From Mobula hypostoma (lineage: Eukaryota), in the NCBI RefSeq assembly GCF_963921235.1, contig NC_086108.1, positions 6,324,001 through 6,388,000 of the forward strand: 64,000 nucleotides of DNA. Direction: 5' to 3'. Positions within the stretch are counted from its first letter, which is position 1, and each line of letters starts with the position of its first letter. Under the pieces are notes generated by a model. It worked only from the letters and a program-made list of their open reading frames with translations. It searched no databases and was not told where the DNA came from. The position numbers and the translations under genes were made by a program. Shown here one piece after another: positions 27,101 through 42,100 of this stretch.

Positions 27101-30100
27101 TCTGGACTAATGCGTGAACCACTGGGATTTCCAAACAATCAGATAGAGCCATAGAAAAGTAGAGCACACAAACAGGCCCTTTGGCCCTTCTAGTCTGTGC
27201 AGAACCATTTAAACTGACTACTCTCATCGATCTGCACCAGGACCATAGTCCTCCATACCCCTACCATCCATGTACCTAGCTAAACTTCTCTCAAATGCTG
27301 AAATTGAGCCTGTGTGCACTGGCAGCTCATTCTACACTCTCACAACCCGCTGAGTAAAGAAGTTTCCCCTCAAACATTTTACCTTTCACCCTTAACCCAT
27401 ACCTCAATCAAATCTCCCCTCAATCTTCTACAATAAAGTCCTAACCTATTCAATCTTTTCTTACAACCCAGGTCCTTCAGTCCCGGCAACATCTTGGTAA
27501 ACTTGCTCTGTACCCTTTCAACCTTATGTTGGAATATTCAGCGTTTACTCTAAGAAGTCAGTCTGTTTCTGTCATAAGCAGCACTGTAGTGTGGTGGTTA
27601 GCACAACACTTTACAGGACCGGTGACGTGGGTTCAATTCCCACTGCTGCCTGTCAGGAGTTTGTACGTTCTCCCCGTGATCTCGTGGGTTTCCCCTGGGT
27701 GCTCCGGTTTCCTCCCAAAGTCCAAAGCATACCGGTTGGTAGGTTAGCTGATCATTGTAAATTATCCTGTGATTAAGCTAGGGTTAAAATTGGGGGTTGC
27801 TGGGCAGTGTGGCTCGAAGGGCTGGAATAACATATTCCATGCTGTATCTCAATAAGTAAATAAATGAATGCCGCACACTGAGTGCCAGTTTATCTTTGCA
27901 CATTCAGAACAGACTTCTGCCCCACAACAGATGCTGACACTCTGCACAATGGGAACATAGCAGAGAAAGCTCTAAAGATGCTACAAACACCCGACAGGTT
28001 GGGCAGGAGCTGTGGAGAGGGAAACAGGTTTAACATTTCAGTTTGATGATCTTTTATTACTGCTCATTTAAGAGGCTGTTAGGATATGCAGGGGATGGAG
28101 GGGTTTGGCTATGTGCAGGCAAAAGAGGTTAAATTTGATTCAGCATTGTGTTCAGTACAGGCATTATGGGCCGAAGGGCTGTTCCCGTGATGTATTCTAT
28201 GTTTCACCATACACTCATTGGTCACTTTATTGGTACATCTGTACATCTCCTCATTAATGTAAATATCTAATCAGCCAATCATGTGGCAGCAACTCAATGC
28301 ACAAGAGCACACAGACATGGTCAAGAGGTTCAGTTGCTGTTTGAACCAAACGTCAGAATGGGCAAGAAATGTGATCTAAGTGGTGATAGTTGTGCTAGAT
28401 GGGGTGGTCTGAGTATCTTCTGGGATTTTCACACACAACAATCTCTAGCACTTTCAGAAAATTGTGCGAAAAACAAAAAATTATCCAGTGGGCAGTAGTT
28501 CTGTGGTAAAAACGCCTTGTTAATGAAAGAGGTCAGAGGAGAATGACCAGATTGGTTCAAGCTGACAGGAAGGCAAGAGTAACTCAAAACACCACATGCT
28601 ACAACAGTGGTGTGCTAAAGACATGGGCGATCATGGTCTTTCCATGGTCAAGATTGTTCTTGGCAAATTTTTCTATAGAAGTGGTTTGCCATTGCCAAGA
28701 CAGGCAACACCAGCCATTATCAATACTCTTCAGAGATTGTCTGCCTGGCGTCAGTGGTCACATAACCAGGACTTGTGATCTGCACCAGCTGCTCATAAGA
28801 CATAGAAACATAGAAATCCTACAGCACAATACAGGCCCTTTGGCCCACAAAGCTGTGCTGAACATGTCCTTACCTTAGAAATTACCTAGGCTTACCCATA
28901 GCCCTCTATTTTTCTAAGCTCCATGTATCCATCCAGGAGTCTCTTAAAAGACCCTATCGTTTCCGCCTCCACCACTGCCGCTGGCAGCCCATTCCACGCA
29001 CTCACCACTCTCTGCATAAAAAACTTACCCCTGATATCTCCTCTGCATCTACTTCCAATCACCTCGGAATCCACTGTGCCCTCTTGTGCTAACCATTTCA
29101 GCCCTGGGAAAAAGCCTCTGACTATCCACACGATCAAAGCCTCTCATCTTATACACCTCTATCAGGTCCCCTCTCATCCTCCGTCACTCCAAGGAGAAAA
29201 GGCCGAGTTCACTCAACCTATTCTCATAGGGCATGCTCCCCAATCCAGGCAACATCCTTGCAAATCTCCTCTGCACCCTTTCTGTGGTTTCCACGTCCTT
29301 CCTGTAGTGAGGCGACCAGAACTGAGCACAGTACTCCAAGTGGGGTCTCACCAGGGTCCTATATAGCTGCAACAACCATCCACCACCTGCTCACATGGCT
29401 TCACGTGACCCTGATTGGGGTGCTACACCTTGCCCAAGGGCGATCTGCAGGCTAGCGGAGGGAAGGAGCGCCTTACACCTTATTTGGTAGAGACGTATCT
29501 CATCCCGCCCCTCTGACATATATGTACTTTGATTATAAATTTACTTAGAACAGTGAGGATACCATCCATGGAGTCACGGCTGACAACACGACTGTTGAAG
29601 GTTACCTCTGCACTCTGGATGGAGGGGCAAACACTCCATACTTCGGGGAACAAGTGTAGTATCGAACTCCAAACACCGAGCCGTCATGCTTCCCGGTCGC
29701 CTTGTCCAGCTCTATCCCATACCAGTATCCTGAGGGGACAACAGGTGAACAGTGACAACGGTCAGTGGGAGATACTCCACACCAGCAAAGGTCAAGATTC
29801 AAGGTAATTTGTTACGTGTACATCAAAACATACAATAAAATACACTGTTTGCATTAACAACCAACACACCCAAGGATGTGCTGGGGGCAGCCCGCAAGTA
29901 GTGCCACACATTCCGGCGCCAATTTAACACATCCACAATGCTCGGCAGAACAACACAGAACACAACAGTTGCAGATACGGACAGAGAAACGGCAGATGGA
30001 GCTTAACCCAGATGAAGAAGATGGGGCAATGTTAAGATGGCGCTAAATGGCGACGTCTTTGCTTGACTCTTCAGAAACAGCTTTATTTCTATCTTTGACA

Positions 30101-33100
30101 TCTCTTTTTTTTTCCTTTTCAGGGTGTGGAGAGGTTCTTTTGAAGACCCTGACCTTGAGTTACACTCTGACTTTGGTTCTGTGCAGGAAAGGGACCCGCT
30201 CTCAGGGCCTCACAACCGGCCACTTTTTGATGTCCTAAGGACGCGGCCTGGAAGATGAGTATGCTTTCAGAGTTCCAGGATTTCATGGCTCTGGGGACAT
30301 GTTGATTCTCGGCCAGTGCCCCTGACTGAAGCGTCACAGGAGAACACGGAACATCAGGAGCAGCGGGTTAGCTGCCAGGGGTTTTGTGTCCAGAGAGCTG
30401 TGCCTTTTTGGTGCCGACTCTCTGGGCTCAGAGCTCAGAAAAAGTGACACAACAAATGTTTAACATTGTAAATCAGCCAGTTGTTTGTTGTGTCTCCCCT
30501 CTCGCTGTGAAATGGGAACACCTGTTTTTCCCTTACCAAGGAGAGAGAGAGAGCCTGTGGTATGTTGAAATATCAGGTGAATGTGCAGTTTTTAGGGTAC
30601 TGCAAGTCTGTGTCTTTATTGTTGCTATGATGTACGCTTGAGTGCTCGGTGGAGGGAGCTGATTTTTTTTTGCTAGTGGAGGTGAGGGGTTGTTGCTTTG
30701 CTGCTGCTTGTGCATGGGAGGGGGAGCTGGGGGGGACTTTGTGGTTCTAATGTTTTAACTGTCATTCATTCTACATGGATGTTTGCGAAGAAAAAGAATT
30801 TCAGGATGTATATTGCATACATTTATCAGACATGAAATATGCCTATTGAAACGTGAGGTGTTGCACCTCGGCAGGGCAAATGCAAGGAGACAGTACACTC
30901 TTAAGGGCAAGGTCCTTAACAGTGTTGCTAAGAAGAGAGATCTTGGAATCCAAGTTCATAGCTCCTTGAAAGTGGCTACACATGTCGATGAGGTGGTTAA
31001 GAAGGCTTATGGAATGCTTACTTTTATTAGTCAAGGCATTGAGTTCAAAAGTTAAGAGGTTATGTTGCAACTTTATAAAACTCTGGTGAGCCACAACTGG
31101 AATACTGCATGCAATTCTGATCGCCTCACTATAGGAAGCATGTTGGAGATCATGCAGAAAAGATTTCTGGTTTAGAGGGTATGTCATCAATATGTTGGGT
31201 CCAGGATAGATCCTCAGATATATTGACACCTAGGTCTATATCGGTTGTTTGTCAGTGAGTGCTTTCATAAATTCTATTGTGTTTCCTTATTCTCCTGTAA
31301 ACGCCTGTAAGAAAATGAATCTCGGGGTAGTATATGGTGACATATATGTACTTTAATAAAATTTACATTGTCTTATTCAATGCAGCTACAAAGAAAACAA
31401 TACATTAGGACTTTGACGAGATTTGGTATGTCACCAAAGACTCTTCCAACTTCCTGCAGACGTACTATGGAGGACATTCTAACTGGCTGCATCACTGTCC
31501 GGTATGGGTTGTCAGGGGGAGGGTGGAGGTTCTGCACAGGATTGAAATAAGCTGCAGAGAGTTGTAAACTCAGTCAGCTCCAATGTGGGAATTAGCCTCT
31601 GTAATACCCAGGACATCTTAAAGGTGTCTCAAAAAGCTGGCATCCATTATTAAAGACCCCCATCACCCAGGACATGCCTTGTTCTCATTGCTACCATCAG
31701 GTAGGAGGTACAGGAGCCTGAAGACACACACTCAATGATTCAGGAACAGCTTCTTCCCCTCTGTCATCAGATTTCCGAATAGAGACTGAATCCAAGAATA
31801 CTATCTCACCACTTTAATTTCTTTTTTTGCACTACTTATTTAATCTAACTATTTAACCGGAATCAGAATCAGCTTTATTATCACCAGCATGTGACATGAA
31901 ATTTGTTAACTTAGCAGCAGCAGCTCAATGCAATACTTAATATAGAAGAGAAAAAAAAATAAAATAAATACATAACTTACAGTATACATATATTGAATAG
32001 GTTAAAAAAGTGCAAAAAAACCCAGAAATAATGTATATTTTAAATAAGTGAGGTAGTGTCCAAGGGTTCAATGTCCATTTAGGAATCGGATGGCAGAGGG
32101 GAAGAAGCTGTTCCTGAATCGCTGAGTGTGTGCCTTCAGGCTTCTGTACCTCCTACCTGATGGTAACAGTGAGAAAAGGGCATGTCCTGGGTGCTGGAGG
32201 TCGTTAATAATGGATGCTGCCTTTCTGAGACACCGCTCCCTAAAGACATCCTGGGTGCTTTGTAGGCTAGTACCCAAGATGGAACTGACTAGATTTACAA
32301 CCTTCTGCAGCTTCTTTCAGTCCTGTGCAGTAGCCCCTCCATACCAGACAGTGATGCAGCCTGTCAGAATGCTCTCCACAGTACATCTATTGAAGTTTTT
32401 GAGTGTATTTGTTGACATGCCAAATCTCATCAAACTCCTAATGAAGTATAGCCACTGTCTTGCCTTCTTTATGACTACATCAATATGTTGGGACCAGGTT
32501 AGATCCTCAGAGATCTTGACACCCAGGAACTTGAAGCTCCTCACTGTCTCCACTTCTGATCCCTCTATGAGGATTGGTATGCGTTCCTTCGTCTTACCCT
32601 TCCTGAAGTCCACAATCAGCTCTTTCGTCTTACCGATGTTGAGTGCCAGGTTGTTGCTGCGACACCACTCCACCAGTTGGCATACCTCTCTCCTGTACAC
32701 CCTCTCTTCACTACCTGAGATTCTACCAACAATGCTTGTATTATCAGCAAATTTGTAGATGGTATTCGAGCTATGCCTAGCCACACAGTCATGTGTATAT
32801 AGAGTAGAGCAGTGGGCTAAGCACACACCCCTGAGGTGCACCAGTGATGTCAGCGAGGAGGATATGTTATCACCAATCCACACAGATTGTGGTCTTCCAG
32901 TTAGGAAGTTGAGGATCAAATTGCAGAGGGAGGTACAGAGGCCCAGGTTCTGCAACTTCTCAATCAGGATTGTGGGAATGATGGTATTAAATGCTGAGCT
33001 ATAGTCAACGAACAGCATTCTGACACAGGTGTTTGTGTTGTCCAGGTGGTCTAAAACCATGAGGGGAGCCATTGAGATTGCATCTGCCATTGACCTATTA

Positions 33101-36100
33101 TGGTGATAGGAAAATTGCAATGGGTCCAGGACCTTGTTGAGGCGGGAGTTCATTCTAGTCATGACCAACCTCTCAAAGCATTTCATCACTGTCGATGTGA
33201 GTGCTACCAGGCGATAGTCATTAGGACAGCCTACAATATTCTTCTTAGGCACTGGTATAATTGTTGCTTTTTTGAAGCAAGTGGGAACTTCCGCCCAAAG
33301 CAGTGAGAGGTTGAAAATGTTCTTGAATACTCCCGCTCGTTGGTTGGCACAGGTTTTCAGATATATACCTAATGTAAATTCACACCTTTTTTCTATATTA
33401 TTATGTATTACATTGAACTGCTGGGGTAAGGTCAACAAATTTCACAACATATGCTGATGATATTAAACCTGATTCTGATTCTTCAATGCAGCCAAACATC
33501 AAGCCCTTAAAAACTGGAATTCTCTTTATAAACCTCCCCCCCCCATCCCCGCTCTCTCCCTTTGTAAGTTGCTCCTTAAGGCTTACCCACTTTACCAATA
33601 AGTTGGTCAACAGTTCTTGGTTCGCTATGGGTCTTGATGTCATGACCTTTGATGTCACTACTGCAAAGCACCTTGGGACATTTTACCATATTAAGGTTGC
33701 TACAAAGGTTTAGATGCTACAAATAAAGAGGCTGCCTTGTGCTATTTCAGTTGCCACACTACAAGAAGAAAGTAGATGCACAGCAGAGAATCACCAGGAT
33801 ATTGCCTGGAATAGAGAATACTTGTAAAGAGAGGTTGGAAAAACTTGGGCAACACGCACAAAATGCTGGAGGAACTCAGTAGGTCAGGCAGCATCTACGG
33901 AGGGGAATGAACAGTTTTTCTTTAAGACAACCATGACCTCTTTGTTCCTTCTCTCTTTTCCTCTGCTTCTTAGCTCTTGTAATACTTAATAAATGGCCAT
34001 GAGCAGCAGGTTTATGCCTCTTTCTTGACTTCTAAGAAGAAGTGGCCAAGTGGTTAAGGCATTGGACTAGCAATCTGAAGGTTGTGAGTTCGAGCCCCAG
34101 CCGAGGCAGCATGTTGTGTCCTTGAGCAAGGCACTTAATCACACAGTACTCTGCAACAACACCGGTGCCAAGCTGTATGGGTCCTAATGCCCTTCCCTTG
34201 GACTACATTGGTGTCGTGGAGAGGGGAGACTTGCAGCATGGGCAACTGCTGGTCCTCCATACAACCTTGCCCAGGCCTACGCCCTAGAGAGTGAAGACTT
34301 TCCAGGCACAGATCCATGGTCTCGCAAGACTAACGGATGCCTTAAAAAGAAGAAGTGGAGAGGGTCAGTAACTTTCAATTCCTCCATGTTATCATTTCAG
34401 AGGAGCTGTCCTGGGCCCAGCACGCAAGTGCAATTATGAAGAAAGCAAAGGGGTTTGCTGGGATTTGACATGACACCTAAAATTGGTGATATATGTGTAT
34501 TTTGATTTTAAAATTTTCTTTGAACTTTTTCCAGATTATTAACCACTTGGATCCATAAAACCACAAGATATAGGAGCAGAATTAGGACACCTGGCTCATC
34601 AAGTCTGCTCCACCATTTGATCATGGCTGATCCATTTTCCTCTCAACCCATTCTCCTGCCTTCACCTCGTAACCTTTCGCACCATGGCTAATCTGACTGA
34701 AGAAATTTCTCCTCATCTCTGCTCTAAATGGACATCTTCGATTTTGAGGCTGTGCCCTCTGGCCCTAGAGGGCAAATTCCTCCTCATCTCCACTCTAAAT
34801 GGACATCCTTCTGTTTTGAGGCTGTGCCCTCTGGTCCTAGAGGGCAAATTCCTCCTCATCTCCACTCTAAATGGAAAACCCTCCATTTTGAGGCTGTGAC
34901 CTCTGATCGTAGAGGGCACAGCCTCAGCAAGGCCCCGGTTCTTAACAAAGAAAATTGCACTGTAGATTTTATTGCCCACTCATATCCTTTCTGCCAATCC
35001 CTGTACCCTGAAAGACAGGGGGGTGAACCCCTAGGAACCCCTCCGCCTTTCAAAGTGGTTCGTTTTCCATAGAACAAGGGCTCCAAAAAAAAAAACCGTC
35101 CCAATAGTGAACAACTAGAACACAGGAACTCACAAACACCACACCCCAGCTTCACACACCTGGTGCAAAGTCCGTTTTGCCATAATACCGAATAATTCCC
35201 GGCTTCTGCCCGGCCACCAGGACCTGGTCTCCAATCTTGATCTTCGTGCCCTCAGGGTCCAGGCTGCCCACCGACAGGGACTTTCTTCTCAAGGCTGTGG
35301 AGAGGTACAGGTATGGAGGAACAGGTACCAAGGTGAAATGGTTAGTAATCAAAGAGAGATCTCTGGCACAGTGAGTGTAATGCTTTATAGCATCAGCTGT
35401 ACGATCGGGGTTCAATTGCAACTGCTGTCTGTAAGGGAGTTTGTACATTCTCCCCATGGCTGCATGGGTTTCCCCCCAGTGCTTCGGTTTACAACCACAG
35501 TCCAAAGGCATACCAGTTAGGGGTTAGTAAGTTGAAGCCATGCTATGCTTGCACCAGAAATGTGGTGACACTTGCAGGCTGATTTGATTGGATGAAAATT
35601 ACACATTTCACTGTATGCTTTTATCATACAGCTGTCAGGCTCTTCAACCAAAGGGGATAACTTCACTCAAACTTTGCTTGCCTCGTCACTGAAATGTTCC
35701 CACAACCAAGGAACTCCCTTTCAAGGACTCTCCAGCTCATGTTCTCGATATTTATGGCTTATTTGTTTATTATTATTATTTCTTCCTGTTTATATTTGCA
35801 CAGTTTGTTGTTGTCTGCTCTCTGGCTAAATGCCCAAGTTGGGTGGACTTTCATTGATTCTGTTATAGTTATTATTCTACAGGTTTGTTGAGATTGCCCA
35901 CAAGAAAATGACTCTCAGGAATGGATATGGTGACAGATATGTTCTTTAATAATAAATTTACTTTGAACTTTGAGATAAACCTAATCTTTATAAAATTCAG
36001 TGTGCGGCCCCACTTTAAATAACAGGCCTCCTCCACTCCCCTCCTCCATCCCAACCCCTCAATACACATCCATCATTTGGGTATGGGTGCTTTCTTAGCC

Positions 36101-39100
36101 AATATTGGGGCCTTTGCAACTGTTAAACATTCAGGTTGTCAGTCAGCAGAGAGAACAAATAAAAAAGATGGCAAGGGAATATATCAGGGGTTTCACCACC
36201 CTCACTACATTGGATTTAACACTGAGGTTTCGGTTTCTTTAGTTAAAGTGATCATCATCCATTAACTAGACTCTGAAAACTTGCACTCACTGAACCACAC
36301 TTCATTTACTTTGTGCATAAGGAGCACAGCATGGGGGCCCCAAGCAGTTCGGAACATTGAACAGAAATATGTCAATTTTATACAGAAATTGACTGCTTAC
36401 ATCCTCCAAGAAGATCACAACCTTGTCGTAGGGTTTGGAGTCCCATGAGAGCCCTGACCTGGAGAGCTATGTTGGCAGGAATCAGGACATTATGCTTTGG
36501 TTCTTAGTAGGGTCACCCATTGCCAAACAGGTCAAAGGGAAGAGGTCAGACTAAGACTGGCCCACTGGTCCTCCATGTTCTGGGGTTTGTTTGACCCTAA
36601 CTGGTCAAACAAAACTGTTACGGAAACAGCAATGAAGAATCCTTCTACATCTGAGTGCGAGGGTATTCCTGAGTCTCCACCTGGGACTTTCCTGGCTGAC
36701 AGTGGTTAAAAACTGAGAAGAAGCTACTGGCATAATAAAGGCAGCTCCAAATACCAGCAGATATGGAGGACCTTCATTGCTGCCTTAAATGCCAATGGCA
36801 TAACATGCAGTAGAGTAGAGTGTCTAGTTGGATACAGGTATTGACCAATTGGTAACTTTCTGTATGTTCAAATTCTTACTTACATAATAAACCACCAATC
36901 ACACGCCAACACCACAGGTATTAATAGCCAATAGAATTTATGCATTAACATCCAAAAATACTTCAGAATTAGTAAAGTAACTGACCAATAGTAAGTGTCA
37001 TCCTAGAGTCCTTAATTTGCATCTTTATCTGGCCTCGGCATGTCAAATGACTCTGGTCCCTGCTAAGTACAGAGAAGCTATGCTCTTCAAGAGATCTTTC
37101 TTCAAAAGCCTCACTTGGCTGGATTGACTGCACACTAGATTCTACTGGATTGGACCATTGGTTAATCAGGCCAGCTTCTTATTTGGGACAACTCTTAAAG
37201 AACAAAAATGAAACAAGAAAATAGCTGGGATTCCCTCTACTTAATTGTGGTTGGTTGCTGCAGATTTGGCATTAAGCTGACAACTCGGCCTCATGAAACA
37301 GATAAAAGCCAAAGAAACAGGAAGGTTGTCACCCGATGCACCAAACAAGGTGTGGGGAGGAACTAATTAGGGCAGGAGACTTGCAGAGCTGTTTCTAACT
37401 TGCGTCAGTCGTGTGCACTTGTGTGCTCACTGTGCCTCAGCACAGTAACTGTACACAGTTTTTAAATAGCATCAGTCGAATGTACTTGTGTTCAAAAAGC
37501 AGAGATTTTTGTCACTAATAGTTGGCAAGAAATAAGCAGAGAGACAATTCAGGACTGTTGTGCTCATTGCGGTTTCAAGCATTCAGGCTTGGAGATGCCA
37601 CAGAGAAAATGAAACAATTTCTCTACTTCAACAAGTTAGGAACTACAAAGAAGAAGGCATCAACAATCATCTTGAATGTTACAATGAGAATGAAGATTTG
37701 GAGGATACAACCGTTGATAACAAGGTATGAAGGCAGTCCATTATCTACACTAGGTGTCTGCACTGATTTTGTTCATTTACAGTCAATCAAAAGAACACAG
37801 CAGATGAATTCTGTCAATAATTATTAGGAACTAATACAGTTTTATATTACTGTACGAGTATCAGTAGTGTTCTATTTTGTACTGTATTTCATTTAAATGC
37901 ATAATGTGTTATTCAGTTAAATGGTAGTGTGCCTTTTTTATACCTTTTTAAACTATTTTCATGAAAATTCAGCTAATTTGGGCAGCTGGTTAATTGCGCC
38001 AAAGTTGTACTGGTCCCGATATGTCCCTATTAACTGGAATCTACTCTATTTGTAAATTATCATTGCCTGGACATGACACTTTGCTGCCACTTCCACGAAG
38101 GCTCTTGGCTACAAAAGTGTTCATGTGTGGGTTACCAATGAACAAATAACAGTGGGCCTCTGGGTAGAGCCTCTGCCTTGGGTGCTGTCAATATGGAGTC
38201 TGTCCGTAGGTTTCCGCTGCATGGGGTTAATTGTGGAACAAACTTTTAATTGGCTATTTTTAGGTGGTACACATGGAATCACCCTTGGACAAGGTGTAGC
38301 ACCCGCTTAGCCCGGTTAGGGTCACATTAAGCCATGGGAGTTGGTGGTGGATGGTTGTATGAGGAGCCAGCGCAGATCTCCCAAGTCTTGGCTATGCGAC
38401 CAGGCAGACAACCTCTGAAGAATACTGATACTGGCTGGAGTCACTCGTCTTGCAAAGACACTGCCCAGAAGGCGGCAATGGCAAACCACTTCTGTAGAAA
38501 ACTTTGCCGAGAACAATCATGGTCATGATCGCCCACATCACACAACATGGCACATAATGACGATGAAGACATACGGAATGCTAAACTTTATGGTGAATTT
38601 ACATACTGACACCTAAATCCCTGGCTGCTCCCGTCTCCTCTCTCATCCCCAGGGCTTGCCGGTCAGTAGGTTCATTTGCACCTACTGGCAGGTGAGGGGC
38701 AGAATTTTGGGTGGAGGGATTGATGAGAATGTGGGGAGAGTACAAGGTGGGTTGAAGTAGAGTGAACGTGAAACTGATGGTCAAGCACAGACCCGATGGG
38801 CCGAAGAGCCTGCTTCCATGCCATGTGCATCTCTCTCTGGCTGAAATGGATTTAAACAGCCCATACAAACTGCTCACGTGATAAGTGCCCGATGCTTTTA
38901 TACCTTTCCTTACGTGCACACCAAATAAAATTACCTTTCTTGTCCTTTTTGGCCTTCCCCGTCATCCGTGCAAAATCCATCCGGGGCGTTTTGGGTGTCG
39001 ATGTGACCGAAGAAGGGGTTTGGTCAGGAATTTTGCTGATTTTAGACACGGGAGCAAAATAACCTGAGGAACAGATGCATAATAAAAGCATGAACGTTCT

Positions 39101-42100
39101 GCAAAGTGTTCTCGGGTGGCGGGGTGGAGATAAGATGACAAGATGTTTCATAAAGTGCTGGTGAACCAATTAGAAGCTGCAGATATTGGAGGAAGTATAT
39201 CTTACAGGGAGAGGGGTGGAAATATGTATCTACCAAAGGAGGTGTAAGGCACTCCTTCCCTCCATTTAAACTGACTGCTCCCATCGACCTACACTGGGAC
39301 CTTCCATACTCCTAACATCCAAACTTCTCTTAAACGTTGAAATTGAGCTTGTATGCACCTACTTGTGCTGGCAGCTCATTCCACACTCCATAAAAGGTCT
39401 CTATTCAATGAGGAAAATTAAAACAGATTTCTGTGGGGCGGCATGTTAGTGTAGTGGTTAGCCCAATGCTTTACAGTACTAGTGATCCAGGTTCAATTCC
39501 CACCACTGCCTGTAAGGAGATTGTACGTTCTCTCCCTGACCGCATGTGTTTCCTCCGGGTGCTCCAGTTTCCTCCCACAGTCCAAAGACATATGGATTAG
39601 GGTTACTAACATGCAGACTTGCTATGTTGATGACACCTGTTGAGCTACCCAGCGCAATCCTTACTGATTAGATTCGATCTGATGCAAACTGCACGTTTCA
39701 CTGTATGTTTCGATGTTTCGACATACACGTGACAAATAAAACTAATTACTCTAACAGAAGTATCTCGCGTTTCTGCCGGGCCTGATGCAGCTTCCCCAAG
39801 GGCAGGGGGATGTTCCCAGGACAGAGGCTCCTTCCTTACCGTGCTTGGGAGGGCAGATGAAGTAGCTTATCCCTCCAACACTTCCATCGTTCTTCCCCTC
39901 AGGCTCGTCCAGCTCCACACCGACCCACTGGCCGCTGGCAAACTCGGTGGTGCCACAGAACCGCAGAGTTCCGGCCTGCAAAGAGCATATGGCTGCAGTG
40001 AGGCATCCTGGGACAGAACCGGCTTCTGTACTCGGGCTGTGAGCCCCTTATTTCGGCAAGGATGTGCCAACTTTGGAGCGGGATCAGAGGAGGTTCACAA
40101 GAATGATTCCAGGAATGAAAGAGTTATCATATGAGGAGCATTTGACGACTCTGGGCCTGTACTTACTGGAATTTCGAAGAATGAGGGGGCAACATCATTA
40201 AACTCTATTGAATGCTTAAAGGCCTAATAGAGTGGATGTGTAGAGAATGTTTCCTATGGTGGGAGAGTCTAAGACCAGAGGACACAGCCTCAGAACAGAG
40301 GGGTGTCCCTTAGAATGGAGATGAGGCATTATCCAGAGATTGGTGAATCTGTGGAATTCATTGCCACAAGCAGCTGTGGAGGTCAAGTCATTGTGTATAT
40401 TTAAGGCAGAGGTTGATAGATTCTTGATTAGTCAGGGCATGAAGGGATATGGGGAGAAGAGAGGAGAATTGGGGCTGAGAGGAAAATGGATCAGCCATGA
40501 AGAAATGGCAGAGCAGACTCGATGGGCTGAATGGCCTACTTCTGCTCCTATGTCCCATGGTCTTATGGTCTTTTAAATAGCTCCTGGACTGGATTTTGGC
40601 CCATCAGATCCTTGCTGCTGTTGGCCACCTGTAATTCTTCAAATACACCCACAATGATTATCCAATCAAATATGTTTGCCTGTCCTGCCAAACACTGTGG
40701 TTTGCCATCAGGACTTGAAATCTTCCAGCATGTTGCAGGCAGGGTTGATTCAGGGGAACCTGTAGGTGGAGTATATTGAGATTGTTGGGCAGAGTGGTAA
40801 GCGCAACGCCATTACAGCCCAGGGCGTCGGATTTCAGATTAGGCTAGGATTAAATTGGACGACTGCTGGGTGGCACAGCTCAAAGGGCTGATTCCGTGCA
40901 GTATCTCAATAAATAAGTAAAAACATTGTGTGGGATCTGTTCCCTGGGAGGGCAGAATGGGCCTTAGTTCAACATTGTCCAGAAAAGAACTCTGTAATCC
41001 TTAGCAATATACTGCACATAAAATGCTGGAGGAACTGAGCAGGTTCGGGCAGCGTCTATGGAGGCGAGTAAACATTTCAGGCCAAGACCTTTCATTATGG
41101 GCTGAGCTTCCAGTAATTGCCCCCCTCTTCACTGTTCCCCATTTCTGTCTCCCTCTCTCTCAACTTCTCTCCTTCTCTGCCTGTAGCCTCTGTCTGGTGC
41201 TCCTCCTCCTCCTTCCCTTTCTTCAGTGGTCTTCCACCCTCTCCTGTCAGACTCCCCCTTCTCCAGCCCTGTATCTCTTTCACCCATCAACTTCTAGCTC
41301 TTTACTTCATCCCCTCCCCCCTCCCAGTTTCACCCATCACCTGCAAACTTGTACTTCTTCTTCTCATTCTGACCCCCGCCCCAACCTTCTTACTCTGACT
41401 TTTCCCCTCCTTTCCAGACCTGAAGAAGGGTCTCAGCCCAAAATGTTGTCTGTTCACACTATTCCATGGATGCTGCCTGGCCTGCTGAGTTCCTCCAGTA
41501 GTTTGTGTGTCCCGCTCTTGCCCCTTACCTTCTCCCCATCCACAAGGACGCGGTCCCCGAGTTTGAGGCCCAGCGAGGTGAGCATTAGGTTGCCGGGGAT
41601 GTTGTCGTAGTTGGGCAGGGTGACCTTGGGGAGGTTGCAGCTCAGGGGCACGGCGTCCAATAACAGCTGTTTCAGCTCCTTGGCCACCATGGCTGCCTCG
41701 GCCTTGTCCAGGCTCATGTCCATTGGGTCGGGAACGACATCGGCGGGAACTTGCCCCTTGCGGTTCTGTTGGGCGGGAAAAGAGAGGAGCTTAAGAACAA
41801 AGCGAGCCTTAGGGATGGCATTCCTGCTGGACAGAGTGGGATCTCCGCTCGAGTCAGGAGTATCAAGTCCCAGCACACAGGCACTAAGAGACGACAGACA
41901 GACAAACACTGGGGCTTCAGGCCTCAGGCTCCACCAGAGACCCTGGGAACTGCATCGACTGGAACTGCACAACCGTGCATGCAATGGACAGAATGGACTT
42001 TGTGGCAAAGAGTTAATGATGTTCAAAGGAGCAGGTAGGGATAGGGAGGGAGGTACACAGGAAAGGAGAGGGACAGGGAGAGATGGAGGGAGTGGGACAG

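Noticed and set aside
34041..34115. Functional tRNA gene (also 56143-56215)
   Set aside because: The tRNA-like head runs into a SINE body with a TSD, and no proper acceptor stem was seen.
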